Source of the DNA: Desulfatiglandales bacterium
GTDB lineage: Bacteria; Desulfobacterota; DSM-4660; Desulfatiglandales; HGW-15
Direction: 5' to 3'
NCBI GenBank assembly: GCA_963667015.2
Contig: CAXXJJ010000004.1
Location: 1,248,001 to 1,312,000, forward strand
Length of the DNA stretch: 64,000 nucleotides
A program made the position numbers and the translations under genes. A model generated the notes under the pieces. It saw nothing but the letters and a program-made list of their open reading frames with translations, ran no database searches and was not told the origin of the DNA. Shown piece after piece: positions 8,818 to 17,278 of this stretch. Within the stretch, counting starts at the first letter, position 1, and every line of letters starts with the position of its first letter.

Positions 8818-11130
8818 TCAGCCTTTCAGCACAAATTTAGGTTTCAGGATATTGACGATGGCCGGCAGAACCAGAATCCCCACCAGCATGTTCGACATCA
8901 TCAGTATCCCCAGCAAAATCCCCATCTCCGCCTGAAAACGAAGGGGTGAAAAATACCAGAAGACCACTCCGGCAGTCATCATTGTTGCAGTCATGAAGAC
9001 AGCTCTTCCTGAAGTAGTAACGCCCTTTACTACTGCCATGGACAGGTCCTTTTCGGCTTTATAGGTTTCCTTTATACGGCTTATAATATAAAGCCCGTAG
9101 TCCACTCCCAGTCCAATACCTAGAGATACGACCGGAAGTGTATTGATATTAAGGCCTATATTCCGGTAAACCATATAGGAAAACGCAAAGAAGTTAGCCA
9201 GGACCAATGAAAATACAAACATGAATCCGGCTGTAAATGAACGATAGGTTGCCGAACACAGGATAAATACAACCCCGAGAACCATAATAAGCAGTTGATG
9301 GTTTTTTTCGGCAATGACCTCATTGGCTGCGGCCAGTATTCCGCCCAGGCCGCCTGCAGGTTTCATGACAGCACTGCTCATTGTGTCTTTATTTTCCGAA
9401 ATGTAGCGCCTGATTCTGTCTATCACCTCTGCAAGAGTTTCTCCCTTGTGGTCCTTCAGGAAGATTCTCACATTGGCAGCACTCAGATTGGGCTCTGCCC
9501 ACTTGTCGAGATCTCCGGCACTTGCTCCCATTTTATAAAAGGAAAGCAGATCACTGATAGATCGCATGTCAGAAGGTATGGATTCGAATTTGGGATCATT
9601 GCCGTACACCAGCATTCTTATACTTTTAACAAGGTCGGCAAGCGAAATGGCGTGCCCCACATTAGGATCATCAATTATATATTGTTTGAGGGATTCCATA
9701 CCCCGCATAAGATCCGGCTGAGCAACCGCCGGATATGTAGCATCGGATTCAAAGACCACCCACATCTGGTCGACTCCAGGGAAACGGCTGTTAATATTAG
9801 CTGTATCCACATTATATGGAGAGTCCTGCCATACGATCGGGCTGCCGGGATTTGCATCTCCATATTTCAAATTCATGGAAGATAATATCCCGAATAAAAG
9901 AAGTATCCCTGCTATAATAAGGACTGTGTATCTTCCCCTGCCGAATGTCCACCCGGTCATGACCGACAGCGACCTTACAATATAGCCTTTTTCAATCTTC
10001 TTCTCTGCCGGCATTTTTACTTTTTTAAGTGAGGCGAAAAACATCGGCATAAAAACCAGAACAGCAAAAATTACACTGAGTGCCCATGCTGTTCCCAGGT
10101 AGGCAAGATTTTTGAGAATAGGCACCGGAGTCAGGCTGATAATGAAAAGGCCGGCTGCATCGGTTACTATCCCAAGTACTCCAGGGGGAAACATACCCGC
10201 GCCCGTAGCCTGTGCCGCCAGTTTTGTATCGCCGAGAACAGTATATTCCTCGATAAATCTCTCATACCACTGGACCGCATGACTTATTGCCCTGGCACTG
10301 AGAAGAAAGGGAATAACAACTATAAGGGGATCAAAATGGAATCCCCACATGGCGGAAAAGCCAAGACCCCAGATGCTGCTTAGAACGGCTGTTAGAAACG
10401 GAATCCACCAGAACCCGAATCCCTTCATATACATAAAGAGCATAACAAGGATCGCCAGCGTTGTTAAAACAAAGATAACAGCCATCTTTGGAACATAATG
10501 ATATATCCAGCCGTATAGCAGAGGCTGACCGCTGAGGTAGACTCTGTGATTGCCGTCTTCCTCTTTCGCCTTGATCTCCATAAATTTTTCAAACAGGAGG
10601 TTGAAATCGAGGCGTCCCTGATGAAAATTGGCATTTAGGATCAATGCCTTCTGGTCTCTTGAAACCAGTGTTCCGAAGGCCTGGCTGGTGAATACCTTTC
10701 TCCTGAGATCATTGATCTCTTCTATGGTTTCAGGGGGATCCTTCATGATCGGTTTAACAGATATGCCTTCAGGGGTTTCTTTTGCCACTGTTTCACGTGG
10801 GCTGGCCAGTGATGATATCCCAAAGTGATCGACACCCGGAATCAAATCGACTTCCATCTGTATCCTGTTCAGCTTTTTCAGAGTCTCAGTATTGAATACA
10901 GTCCCTTCCTTTACTTCAAGCATAAGGGATGCCTGATAGGCACTCCCGAAAAATTTACTGTATTTTTTATGAACCTGAACATATGGATGGTTGTGGGGAA
11001 AGAGATCAAGAAACTGGGTAAACATCTCCATGTGGACTATCTGTGATGCAAAAAAGCCGGTTATAACAGCCATTGCTACCAGGCCCAGTACCCTGAATCT
11101 TATTAGTAATTCTACCAAAACTTTATACAT
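8818..11130 (-). CDS. RND superfamily / MMPL transporter
   Basis: 770 aa, two TM repeats with periplasmic loops, GLGVDYGLY motif. Confidence 0.9.
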   Translation of the reverse strand: MYKVLVELLIRFRVLGLVAMAVITGFFASQIVHMEMFTQFLDLFPHNHPYVQVHKKYSKFFGSAYQASLMLEVKEGTVFNTETLKKLNRIQMEVDLIPGVDHFGISSLASPRETVAKETPEGISVKPIMKDPPETIEEINDLRRKVFTSQAFGTLVSRDQKALILNANFHQGRLDFNLLFEKFMEIKAKEEDGNHRVYLSGQPLLYGWIYHYVPKMAVIFVLTTLAILVMLFMYMKGFGFWWIPFLTAVLSSIWGLGFSAMWGFHFDPLIVVIPFLLSARAISHAVQWYERFIEEYTVLGDTKLAAQATGAGMFPPGVLGIVTDAAGLFIISLTPVPILKNLAYLGTAWALSVIFAVLVFMPMFFASLKKVKMPAEKKIEKGYIVRSLSVMTGWTFGRGRYTVLIIAGILLLFGILSSMNLKYGDANPGSPIVWQDSPYNVDTANINSRFPGVDQMWVVFESDATYPAVAQPDLMRGMESLKQYIIDDPNVGHAISLADLVKSIRMLVYGNDPKFESIPSDMRSISDLLSFYKMGASAGDLDKWAEPNLSAANVRIFLKDHKGETLAEVIDRIRRYISENKDTMSSAVMKPAGGLGGILAAANEVIAEKNHQLLIMVLGVVFILCSATYRSFTAGFMFVFSLVLANFFAFSYMVYRNIGLNINTLPVVSLGIGLGVDYGLYIISRIKETYKAEKDLSMAVVKGVTTSGRAVFMTATMMTAGVVFWYFSPLRFQAEMGILLGILMMSNMLVGILVLPAIVNILKPKFVLKG

Positions 11131-11168
11131 GCGGTTGCTCCGATTAATTCAATGTTAACAGGTTAAGT

Positions 11169-12194
11169 TTATGACTCTGCCGGTTGATTATATGGCACCC
11201 ATTTAAGGCCGTTATCAGTGCTTATATAAATTTTCCCGCCGTCACCCACAGCAAATCCCCTGCCCTGACTGTCATAGGTCACCCCGCACAGCCATGTGAA
11301 ATGGTTAAGAGGACATACCGATTTCCAGGTATCACCTCCGTCATCTGTTGCATAAAAGCAGCCCCTGAGACCTACAGCAGTGGCGTGCATGTTGTCAGCA
11401 TATGCAACTTTCAGGAGTGTATCCTTTGCATCTGTATCTTTAAGGTTCCATGTAATACCGCCGTCAGATGTGGTGTAGATAGCACCTTCGATGCCTACTG
11501 CTATACCGTGCTGATCATCGCTGAAGTCAATGCCGAAGAGTTTTCTTCCCATTTCATCTTCAAGCTGCCTTGCCCAGTTTTTCCCTCCATCTTCGGTGTA
11601 AAGGACTGTCCCGAATTCGCCTGCAATCCATCCCTTTGTTGAATTGATGAAGCAGAGATCGTTTAGAATCATATCTTCGTCGAAAGGAAGTTTTATCCAG
11701 TTCTTCCCGCCATCTTCGGTATGAAGAATCAGGCCGTATGTTCCAACAATCCAGCCTTCATTTTCATTAATAAACTGAACCTTGAGAAGTTCCTGATCCG
11801 TGACAGGACTTGTCTGTGTTTCCCAGGTTTCGCCTCCATCACCGGTGCTGAGTATGGTTCCTGAATCTCCAACAATCCAGCCTTTCTTCTCATTAACAAA
11901 ATAAACACCCAGCAGAGACTTCTTTGTCCCGGCATCTTTTCTGTTCCAGTGAATGCCGTTATCCATGGAATAAAAAACAGATCCAAAATAGCCCACAGCC
12001 CACACCTTCTCCCCTCCTGCAGCCGAAACGTCATACAGTTTGTCTGTATATTTAATTACCTGAGGGCCGAATCCGCCGGCATGACCATTCTCCGGTTCTG
12101 AAGAGCCGGGATCTTTACATCCTGTCATGTACACAGTAAAAATCAGTGAGAGTACTAGAAGGTGTAATAAGTAAATCAATCTACTGGACATCAT
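11169..12194 (-). CDS. YCF48/BNR-repeat beta-propeller lipoprotein
   Basis: Repeated GWIVG..G.IL.T.DGG..W units, lipobox-like MTGC. Start at MMSSRL after GGAG. Confidence 0.85.
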   Translation of the reverse strand: MMSSRLIYLLHLLVLSLIFTVYMTGCKDPGSSEPENGHAGGFGPQVIKYTDKLYDVSAAGGEKVWAVGYFGSVFYSMDNGIHWNRKDAGTKKSLLGVYFVNEKKGWIVGDSGTILSTGDGGETWETQTSPVTDQELLKVQFINENEGWIVGTYGLILHTEDGGKNWIKLPFDEDMILNDLCFINSTKGWIAGEFGTVLYTEDGGKNWARQLEDEMGRKLFGIDFSDDQHGIAVGIEGAIYTTSDGGITWNLKDTDAKDTLLKVAYADNMHATAVGLRGCFYATDDGGDTWKSVCPLNHFTWLCGVTYDSQGRGFAVGDGGKIYISTDNGLKWVPYNQPAES

Positions 12195-12230
12195 TATTAA
12201 TTCTCCATTTTTAATATTCCCAATTGAACC

Positions 12231-12284
12231 GGCAGGTCTTTCTGCCATGCTCCCTGTCCTTAGAAAGGCATGGGGAGGCCTGCC
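12231..12284 (-). other. Intergenic stem-loop after cyclase gene
   Basis: GGCAGGTCTT..CCATGC / GCATGG..GAGGCCTGCC imperfect inverted repeat, no clear U-tract. Confidence 0.45.
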
Positions 12285-12289
12285 ACTTA

Positions 12290-13249
12290 CTATATTTCGC
12301 ATGCAGGGCCATACCCTGTGCCGCAGTAAGTGTAGGTTCTTTCCGGCACATCATTCAGTTCATCTTCATCAATCTCTGCCACGCAGCGGACCATGGCACC
12401 GTCACCCATGTACCAGCGGATAGGAAAACAGAAAAACCTGAAACGCTTGCCGGATACCTTGTCCAGGTTTCCGCCGAGGTTCTCGACGCCGACGATACCG
12501 TGACCCAGCATCTGCTTGTGACATGGTTCCCAGGTCCCTTCGCATCCGATTGCTTCCAGATCACCATATTTGGCATCATATGCTTCCTGGCCATGCAGTT
12601 TGATGTAGGCTGCTTTCTCGAACTCGGCATATGCCTCTTCACCGAACTGTTCGGCGTATTCTTCTGTGATGGGTTTTCCCGAGGCTCCGGGCAGATTCAT
12701 CTGTGGCGGGCCATTCTTGCCCATGGCCGTGTGGAGCGGGTGATCAAGGGCCTGCATATCCATGGCAACACACTTTACCTGGTGTTTTACAAACCACTTT
12801 CCGGCTTCTACTCCGGTACCACAGGAATAGTGATAGTATTCTTTGGAATCGTCGAATTTACGATGCATTCCGGTATTCAGGCAGACAACCATGCCCTTGA
12901 GTTCTTCCGGTTTGATGTTGGCACGCCTGCAGGCATCCTCGAGATGCTCGGGAAGGATCAGACCCCAGCGTTCGATCTCGATTTCTAGGCAGATGGCGTC
13001 TCCAGTGTAGGCGTCAACAGGCATTTCATGGGTGTAACGGGCTCTTTTGCCATTGAATTCGCGTTCCATAACGTGACGGGGTGCATCGGCATGAGTACCT
13101 GTGTGCTGCACACAATCGACTCTCTGGGTGAGGACTCCGCCCTTTGCCATGGTGTGCATGGAATCAATTACAGGTTTTACAAAATAAGGCCAGCGTGGGA
13201 TCTCCGCGCTAAATGGATGAGTCAAATCGATGAATACTTTCTTTCCCAT
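12290..13249 (-). CDS. Cyclase-family (kynurenine formamidase-like) metal hydrolase; candidate dihydrophloroglucinol cyclohydrolase
   Basis: HTGTHADAPRH motif, VENL, strong AAGGAGG RBS. Confidence 0.85.
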   Translation of the reverse strand: MGKKVFIDLTHPFSAEIPRWPYFVKPVIDSMHTMAKGGVLTQRVDCVQHTGTHADAPRHVMEREFNGKRARYTHEMPVDAYTGDAICLEIEIERWGLILPEHLEDACRRANIKPEELKGMVVCLNTGMHRKFDDSKEYYHYSCGTGVEAGKWFVKHQVKCVAMDMQALDHPLHTAMGKNGPPQMNLPGASGKPITEEYAEQFGEEAYAEFEKAAYIKLHGQEAYDAKYGDLEAIGCEGTWEPCHKQMLGHGIVGVENLGGNLDKVSGKRFRFFCFPIRWYMGDGAMVRCVAEIDEDELNDVPERTYTYCGTGYGPACEI

Positions 13250-13305
13250 ACTAAATACCTCCTTGAATGTTATTATGTTTAATGAAACCTGTTAGGTAAT
13301 AATTG

Positions 13306-13635
13306 TTAATTCACACTCTCCCGGATTTTTTCAACGAGTTCGAATCCCATGGTTGTAGAAACACTGTGAAAAGAGATTTCCGGCAGCTCAACGGCCATAT
13401 CCATTATGGCCATAATTTTCCGAAATTCATCGGAAGCTATATATCGTTCAAGTTCAGGCATCGTTTCCCACTCCTCTATCAAAATGAGATCATCATCATC
13501 ATGGATATGCGATTGGAGCCTTGCCATTTTGCATCCCGGTTTTACGGATGTAGACCCGGCTACCGTATCAAAGATACTAATGACGTCTTTGCGATCTGAG
13601 GGGGAAACCTTTAATTTAATAACGAGGATTACCAT
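13306..13635 (-). CDS. Antibiotic biosynthesis monooxygenase (ABM) family protein
   Basis: 109 aa, KPGC, LIEEW, dimeric alpha+beta barrel pattern. Confidence 0.75.
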   Translation of the reverse strand: MVILVIKLKVSPSDRKDVISIFDTVAGSTSVKPGCKMARLQSHIHDDDDLILIEEWETMPELERYIASDEFRKIMAIMDMAVELPEISFHSVSTTMGFELVEKIRESVN

Positions 13636-13757
13636 ATTATCAGCCTGTCACCTGAATAAGTTAATAATGGATAACGTCAACAAAATCAGAGATCCGGAAT
13701 GCCAGGATCTGGGTTTTATCTAAATATCGATGAAATCATTTTTTACTGGATATTAAA

Positions 13758-13773
13758 TACAATAAGCATGCCA
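13758..13773 (-). promoter_or_regulatory. sigma54 (-24/-12) promoter for the catabolic gene run
   Basis: Minus strand TGGCATGCTTATTGTA (GG-N10-GT, variant -12). Confidence 0.65.
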
Positions 13774-13799
13774 CTCTGGCATAAATAATTATTAAGGCT

Positions 13800-13812
13800 T
13801 AACATATTGATT
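13800..13812 (-). promoter_or_regulatory. IHF binding site
   Basis: Minus strand AATCAATATGTTA matches WATCAA-N4-TTR exactly, located between promoter and enhancer. Confidence 0.65.
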
Positions 13813-13870
13813 TATTTGTTTTAATTAAGGTTCTAACAGTATTCTTCTCTAAATAAAAAAAGAAAACACT

Positions 13871-13903
13871 AGCGAAATATCGCTATATCTGCGATATTTC
13901 GCT
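13871..13903. promoter_or_regulatory. Palindromic upstream activator sequence
   Basis: Perfect 13-bp inverted repeat AGCGAAATATCGC-N7-GCGATATTTCGCT about 100 bp upstream of the -24 element. Confidence 0.7.
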
Positions 13904-13929
13904 TGTGATCAGCTTTCAGGAGGAATAAA

Positions 13930-15783
13930 ATGGATCAAAAATCGGGTAAAAAGGGCGGGACCGGAAAAACAAAGACCGGAGAAGTGAAATATTCAAAAGA
14001 CAGCAAAAAAAAGATTATGCTGGAAATTGAGAATGGTTTTCAGAATCTGATAGAAAATGCTGTAATTGGAATTGGACATACAAATAAAAATGGAGATTAT
14101 CTTTTTGCAAACAGGCGATTAGCCCATATATACGGATATAAAACAAAAGAGAGTTTCCTGAAATCCCGGCCTAATGTTACCCGGTTTATGTTAAATCCTG
14201 AAGAAAGAAAAAATATTCTTAAAAGAATGCAAACCAGCGGTTTTATCGACGGTGCTGAAATCCAGTGCAGACGAAGAGATGGCGCGATCATATGGATCAG
14301 TTTAAGCGCCAGAATTTCACGAGGAAAGTCGGGAGTAAATACATATGAAAGTTTCATAGTTGATATCTCCGATAAAAAAGCAGCCGCCATCGCCCTTCAG
14401 GTAAGCGAGAAGAGATTCAGGATGCTGGTAGAGCAGGCTGGAGATGCGTTCTTCATACACAATTACAACGGCAAAATACTGGATGTAAATCTTACAGCCT
14501 GTGAAATGCTCGGCTATTCCAAAGAAGAGTTTTTGCAGATGAGCATCTCTGATGTGGACATGGATATAGCGACAAAAGGACACAGGGGCAGATACTGGAA
14601 CCCTTTACAATCAGAAAAACATATAACCTTCGAAGGAATCCACAGACGGAAGGATGGAAGCACTTTCCCCGTGGAGGTCCGTTTAGGGCGAGTTGATCTT
14701 AAGGAAATGCCGCTGCTTCTGTCTCTCACAAGAGATGTTACAGAACGAAAAAAATCCGAAAATAAACTTAAAAAGGCATTTAAAGAAATAAATGATTTAA
14801 AAAATCAGCTTGAGGAAGAGAATATTTACCTCAGGAGAGAAGTTGAAACCAGGTACAGGCATAAAGAGATTATTGGTGAAAGCAGAGCCATTAAAAAGGT
14901 CCTGATGCAGGTAGAGAAGGTTGCAAAAGAGAATACCAACGTCCTTATTACTGGAGAGACAGGTACCGGGAAAGAGATCCTTGCCAGGGCCATACACAAT
15001 CTGAGCCCGAGAAATGTCCGTTCTATGATAACAGTAAATTGTGCTGCATTGCCGGGAAGTCTCATCGAGAGTGAATTGTTTGGCCGGGAAAAGGGAGCTT
15101 TTACAGGAGCCGCCTCCAGGCAGACAGGTCGATTTGAAGCAGCCGACAAATCGACAATCTTCCTGGATGAAATTGGAGACCTGCCAATGGAGCTCCAGGC
15201 AAAACTTTTGAGAGTACTTGAAAATGGCACTTTTGAAAGGCTTGGCAGCTCAAAAACAATTTCTGTGGATGTGCGTGTAATAGCCGCAACAAATCATAAT
15301 CTGGCCGAGCTTGTAAAGAAGGATGTATTCAGGAGAGATCTTTTCTATCGACTTAATGTCTTTCCTGTTGTGATCCCTCCGCTGAGAGACAGAAGAGAAG
15401 ACATCCCGCTCCTTGTGTGGGCCTTTGTGGAGGAGTTCTCACAGAGCATGGGTAAATCCATAAAAAATATACCGAAAAAAATCATGGATAAGTTACAGGA
15501 ATCCTATTGGCCCGGGAATGTAAGAGAGCTTAAAAATGTCATTGAACGGGGAATGATAATGAGCAGCGGCCCAACGCTCCGAATAGATCAGCAACAGAAT
15601 CTGGAAAATCAGACCAGCGAGAAAATGTCAATGGAGGATGTTGAGAGGGAACATATTAAACAGGTGCTTTTGTCAACAGGATGGAGGGTCAGCGGTAAAA
15701 CCGGGGCTGCCAGAATACTGGGTCTGAAAGACTCAACGCTAAGGTCACGGATGATAAAACTTGGAATAACCAGGCCATCATAA
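13930..15783 (+). CDS. PAS-PAS sigma54-dependent transcriptional activator
   Basis: Two PAS/PAC domains, GETGTGKE, GAFTGA, FLDEIG, WPGNVREL, C-terminal HTH. Confidence 0.95.
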   Translation: MDQKSGKKGGTGKTKTGEVKYSKDSKKKIMLEIENGFQNLIENAVIGIGHTNKNGDYLFANRRLAHIYGYKTKESFLKSRPNVTRFMLNPEERKNILKRMQTSGFIDGAEIQCRRRDGAIIWISLSARISRGKSGVNTYESFIVDISDKKAAAIALQVSEKRFRMLVEQAGDAFFIHNYNGKILDVNLTACEMLGYSKEEFLQMSISDVDMDIATKGHRGRYWNPLQSEKHITFEGIHRRKDGSTFPVEVRLGRVDLKEMPLLLSLTRDVTERKKSENKLKKAFKEINDLKNQLEEENIYLRREVETRYRHKEIIGESRAIKKVLMQVEKVAKENTNVLITGETGTGKEILARAIHNLSPRNVRSMITVNCAALPGSLIESELFGREKGAFTGAASRQTGRFEAADKSTIFLDEIGDLPMELQAKLLRVLENGTFERLGSSKTISVDVRVIAATNHNLAELVKKDVFRRDLFYRLNVFPVVIPPLRDRREDIPLLVWAFVEEFSQSMGKSIKNIPKKIMDKLQESYWPGNVRELKNVIERGMIMSSGPTLRIDQQQNLENQTSEKMSMEDVEREHIKQVLLSTGWRVSGKTGAARILGLKDSTLRSRMIKLGITRPS

Positions 15784-15960
15784 CCGCATGGCTGAAGCTT
15801 ACATTAAATTGAAAGGAGGCGATCCATATGCTGTACGTTTTATTAATTCACTATTAGAATGGAAAAATACTTAAACCGCAATAAACACACACTTGGCGAA
15901 ACATCACACCCGGACTGGCTACCGGCATATTACAGCCAGAATATAATTAATGGGGCCTGT

Positions 15961-16161
15961 ATGAAAGTGAGATTAAAACCATTATCATCAGATAACCCAA
16001 AAGAGATAGTGGATATATTCAACTATTATGTCGAAAACGGTTTCGCAGCCTATGCAGAGAATAAATTACCATATGAGTTTTTTAAAAAGTTGCAGGAAAT
16101 GTGTCATGGTTATCCGGCTGTGATTGCCGAAGATAACAATGGTAAGGATACTCAGGAGTAG
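15961..16161 (+). pseudogene. GNAT acetyltransferase N-terminal remnant
   Basis: IVDIFNYYVEN.FAAY.E pattern, stops after about 66 aa before the acetyl-CoA motif. Confidence 0.55.
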
Positions 16162-16168
16162 ATATTTG

Positions 16169-16343
16169 ATGAAAGAATTTAAATTTAAAAAAATGGATGC
16201 ATTTGCAACTGAAGATAAACATAGGTGAAATTGGAGATAGTCTCCCGATATCGGTAATAAATGCGGGGTTATTCACACTACTGATTCCAATAAAACCCTT
16301 AAAATCAATTCTTAATATTCCTTTGAGGCATTTCTGCTGCTAA
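16169..16343 (+). pseudogene. PhzF-family remnant
   Basis: MKEFKFKKMDAFA start, then in another frame LPISVINAGLFTLLIPIK; most of the gene is missing. Confidence 0.4.
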
Positions 16344-16579
16344 AATCCGGAACAACCGTAACGGAATTTGGAGAGTAAAGGAACAATATATCGAGTTGAT
16401 CCCTGAGCCGAACAAGGCTATATTATTTAAATCCAGGCACGGATATGTGCCTCAATAACTAAGGGTAGCAGGGTTAAGCACCCCCTTCCACGCCTCTGCC
16501 AATTAGTCTTAGCAAAAGCTGAATCCCTGCAAACATGTAAGGAAATCTGCTGCGTAACATGCATACAAAAGGGATTTAA

Positions 16580-16969
16580 ATGCCATATGAAATAATATAT
16601 CTGGAGAAAGAAGGTGGAGTAATAACAAATTACTGGGGAACAATTACAGATAAGGACATTATTAAAAGCGGAGAGGAAAAATATTTATCCCTGGATAGAC
16701 TGAGCTTATATCGTTATGCAATTACTGACCTGAGCCGGGTTGAAGAATTCAATCTGACCTCAAAAGGCATTAAAAAAAATGCCGAAATCGCTATGAAGAT
16801 ATTTGCGAAAAAAAGTGACGTGATTGTGGCATTTGTACTACCCACTGAGGCGGAATACGGTATGGGAAGGATGTGGCAGGCATATGGAGACGGAGAAGAT
16901 AAATATTCCAAAATTTGCAGAACCCGCGCCGAAGCAGAGGAGTGGATTAGAATCAATCTAAAAATATAG
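16580..16969 (+). CDS. Hypothetical protein, STAS/SpoIIAA-like
   Basis: 129 aa with RBS; ITDLS, VAFV, YGMGRMW, EAEEW pattern. Confidence 0.6.
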   Translation: MPYEIIYLEKEGGVITNYWGTITDKDIIKSGEEKYLSLDRLSLYRYAITDLSRVEEFNLTSKGIKKNAEIAMKIFAKKSDVIVAFVLPTEAEYGMGRMWQAYGDGEDKYSKICRTRAEAEEWIRINLKI

Positions 16970-17278
16970 TTCTTTTGAGCTGTGAGTCTTTAATAAAAGA
17001 AATCCAATGTAAATCATATTCTGATCAACATCCACAGCGCAGGCTCAATGGATTAGAGCCATTTGCAGGGCAAATTTTCTTGACACACAGGATTATCCCC
17101 CATATATTCAATAACTCAGAACAGGGAGATCTAATCCATCTGATAATAGAAATAAGTTGCTTATTTTCAGCTAATTTCCAATTATTTTAATTAAAAAAGG
17201 AAACCGGGTTTGCCCTTGGAAATCCTGTTTTTATTAATAATGACTACTAAACAAGAATATTAAGGGAGGTTTTTATAA

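Noticed and set aside
16515..16560. GCTGAATCC resembling the start of a c-di-AMP (ydaO) riboswitch
   Set aside because: The other conserved ydaO segments are absent.
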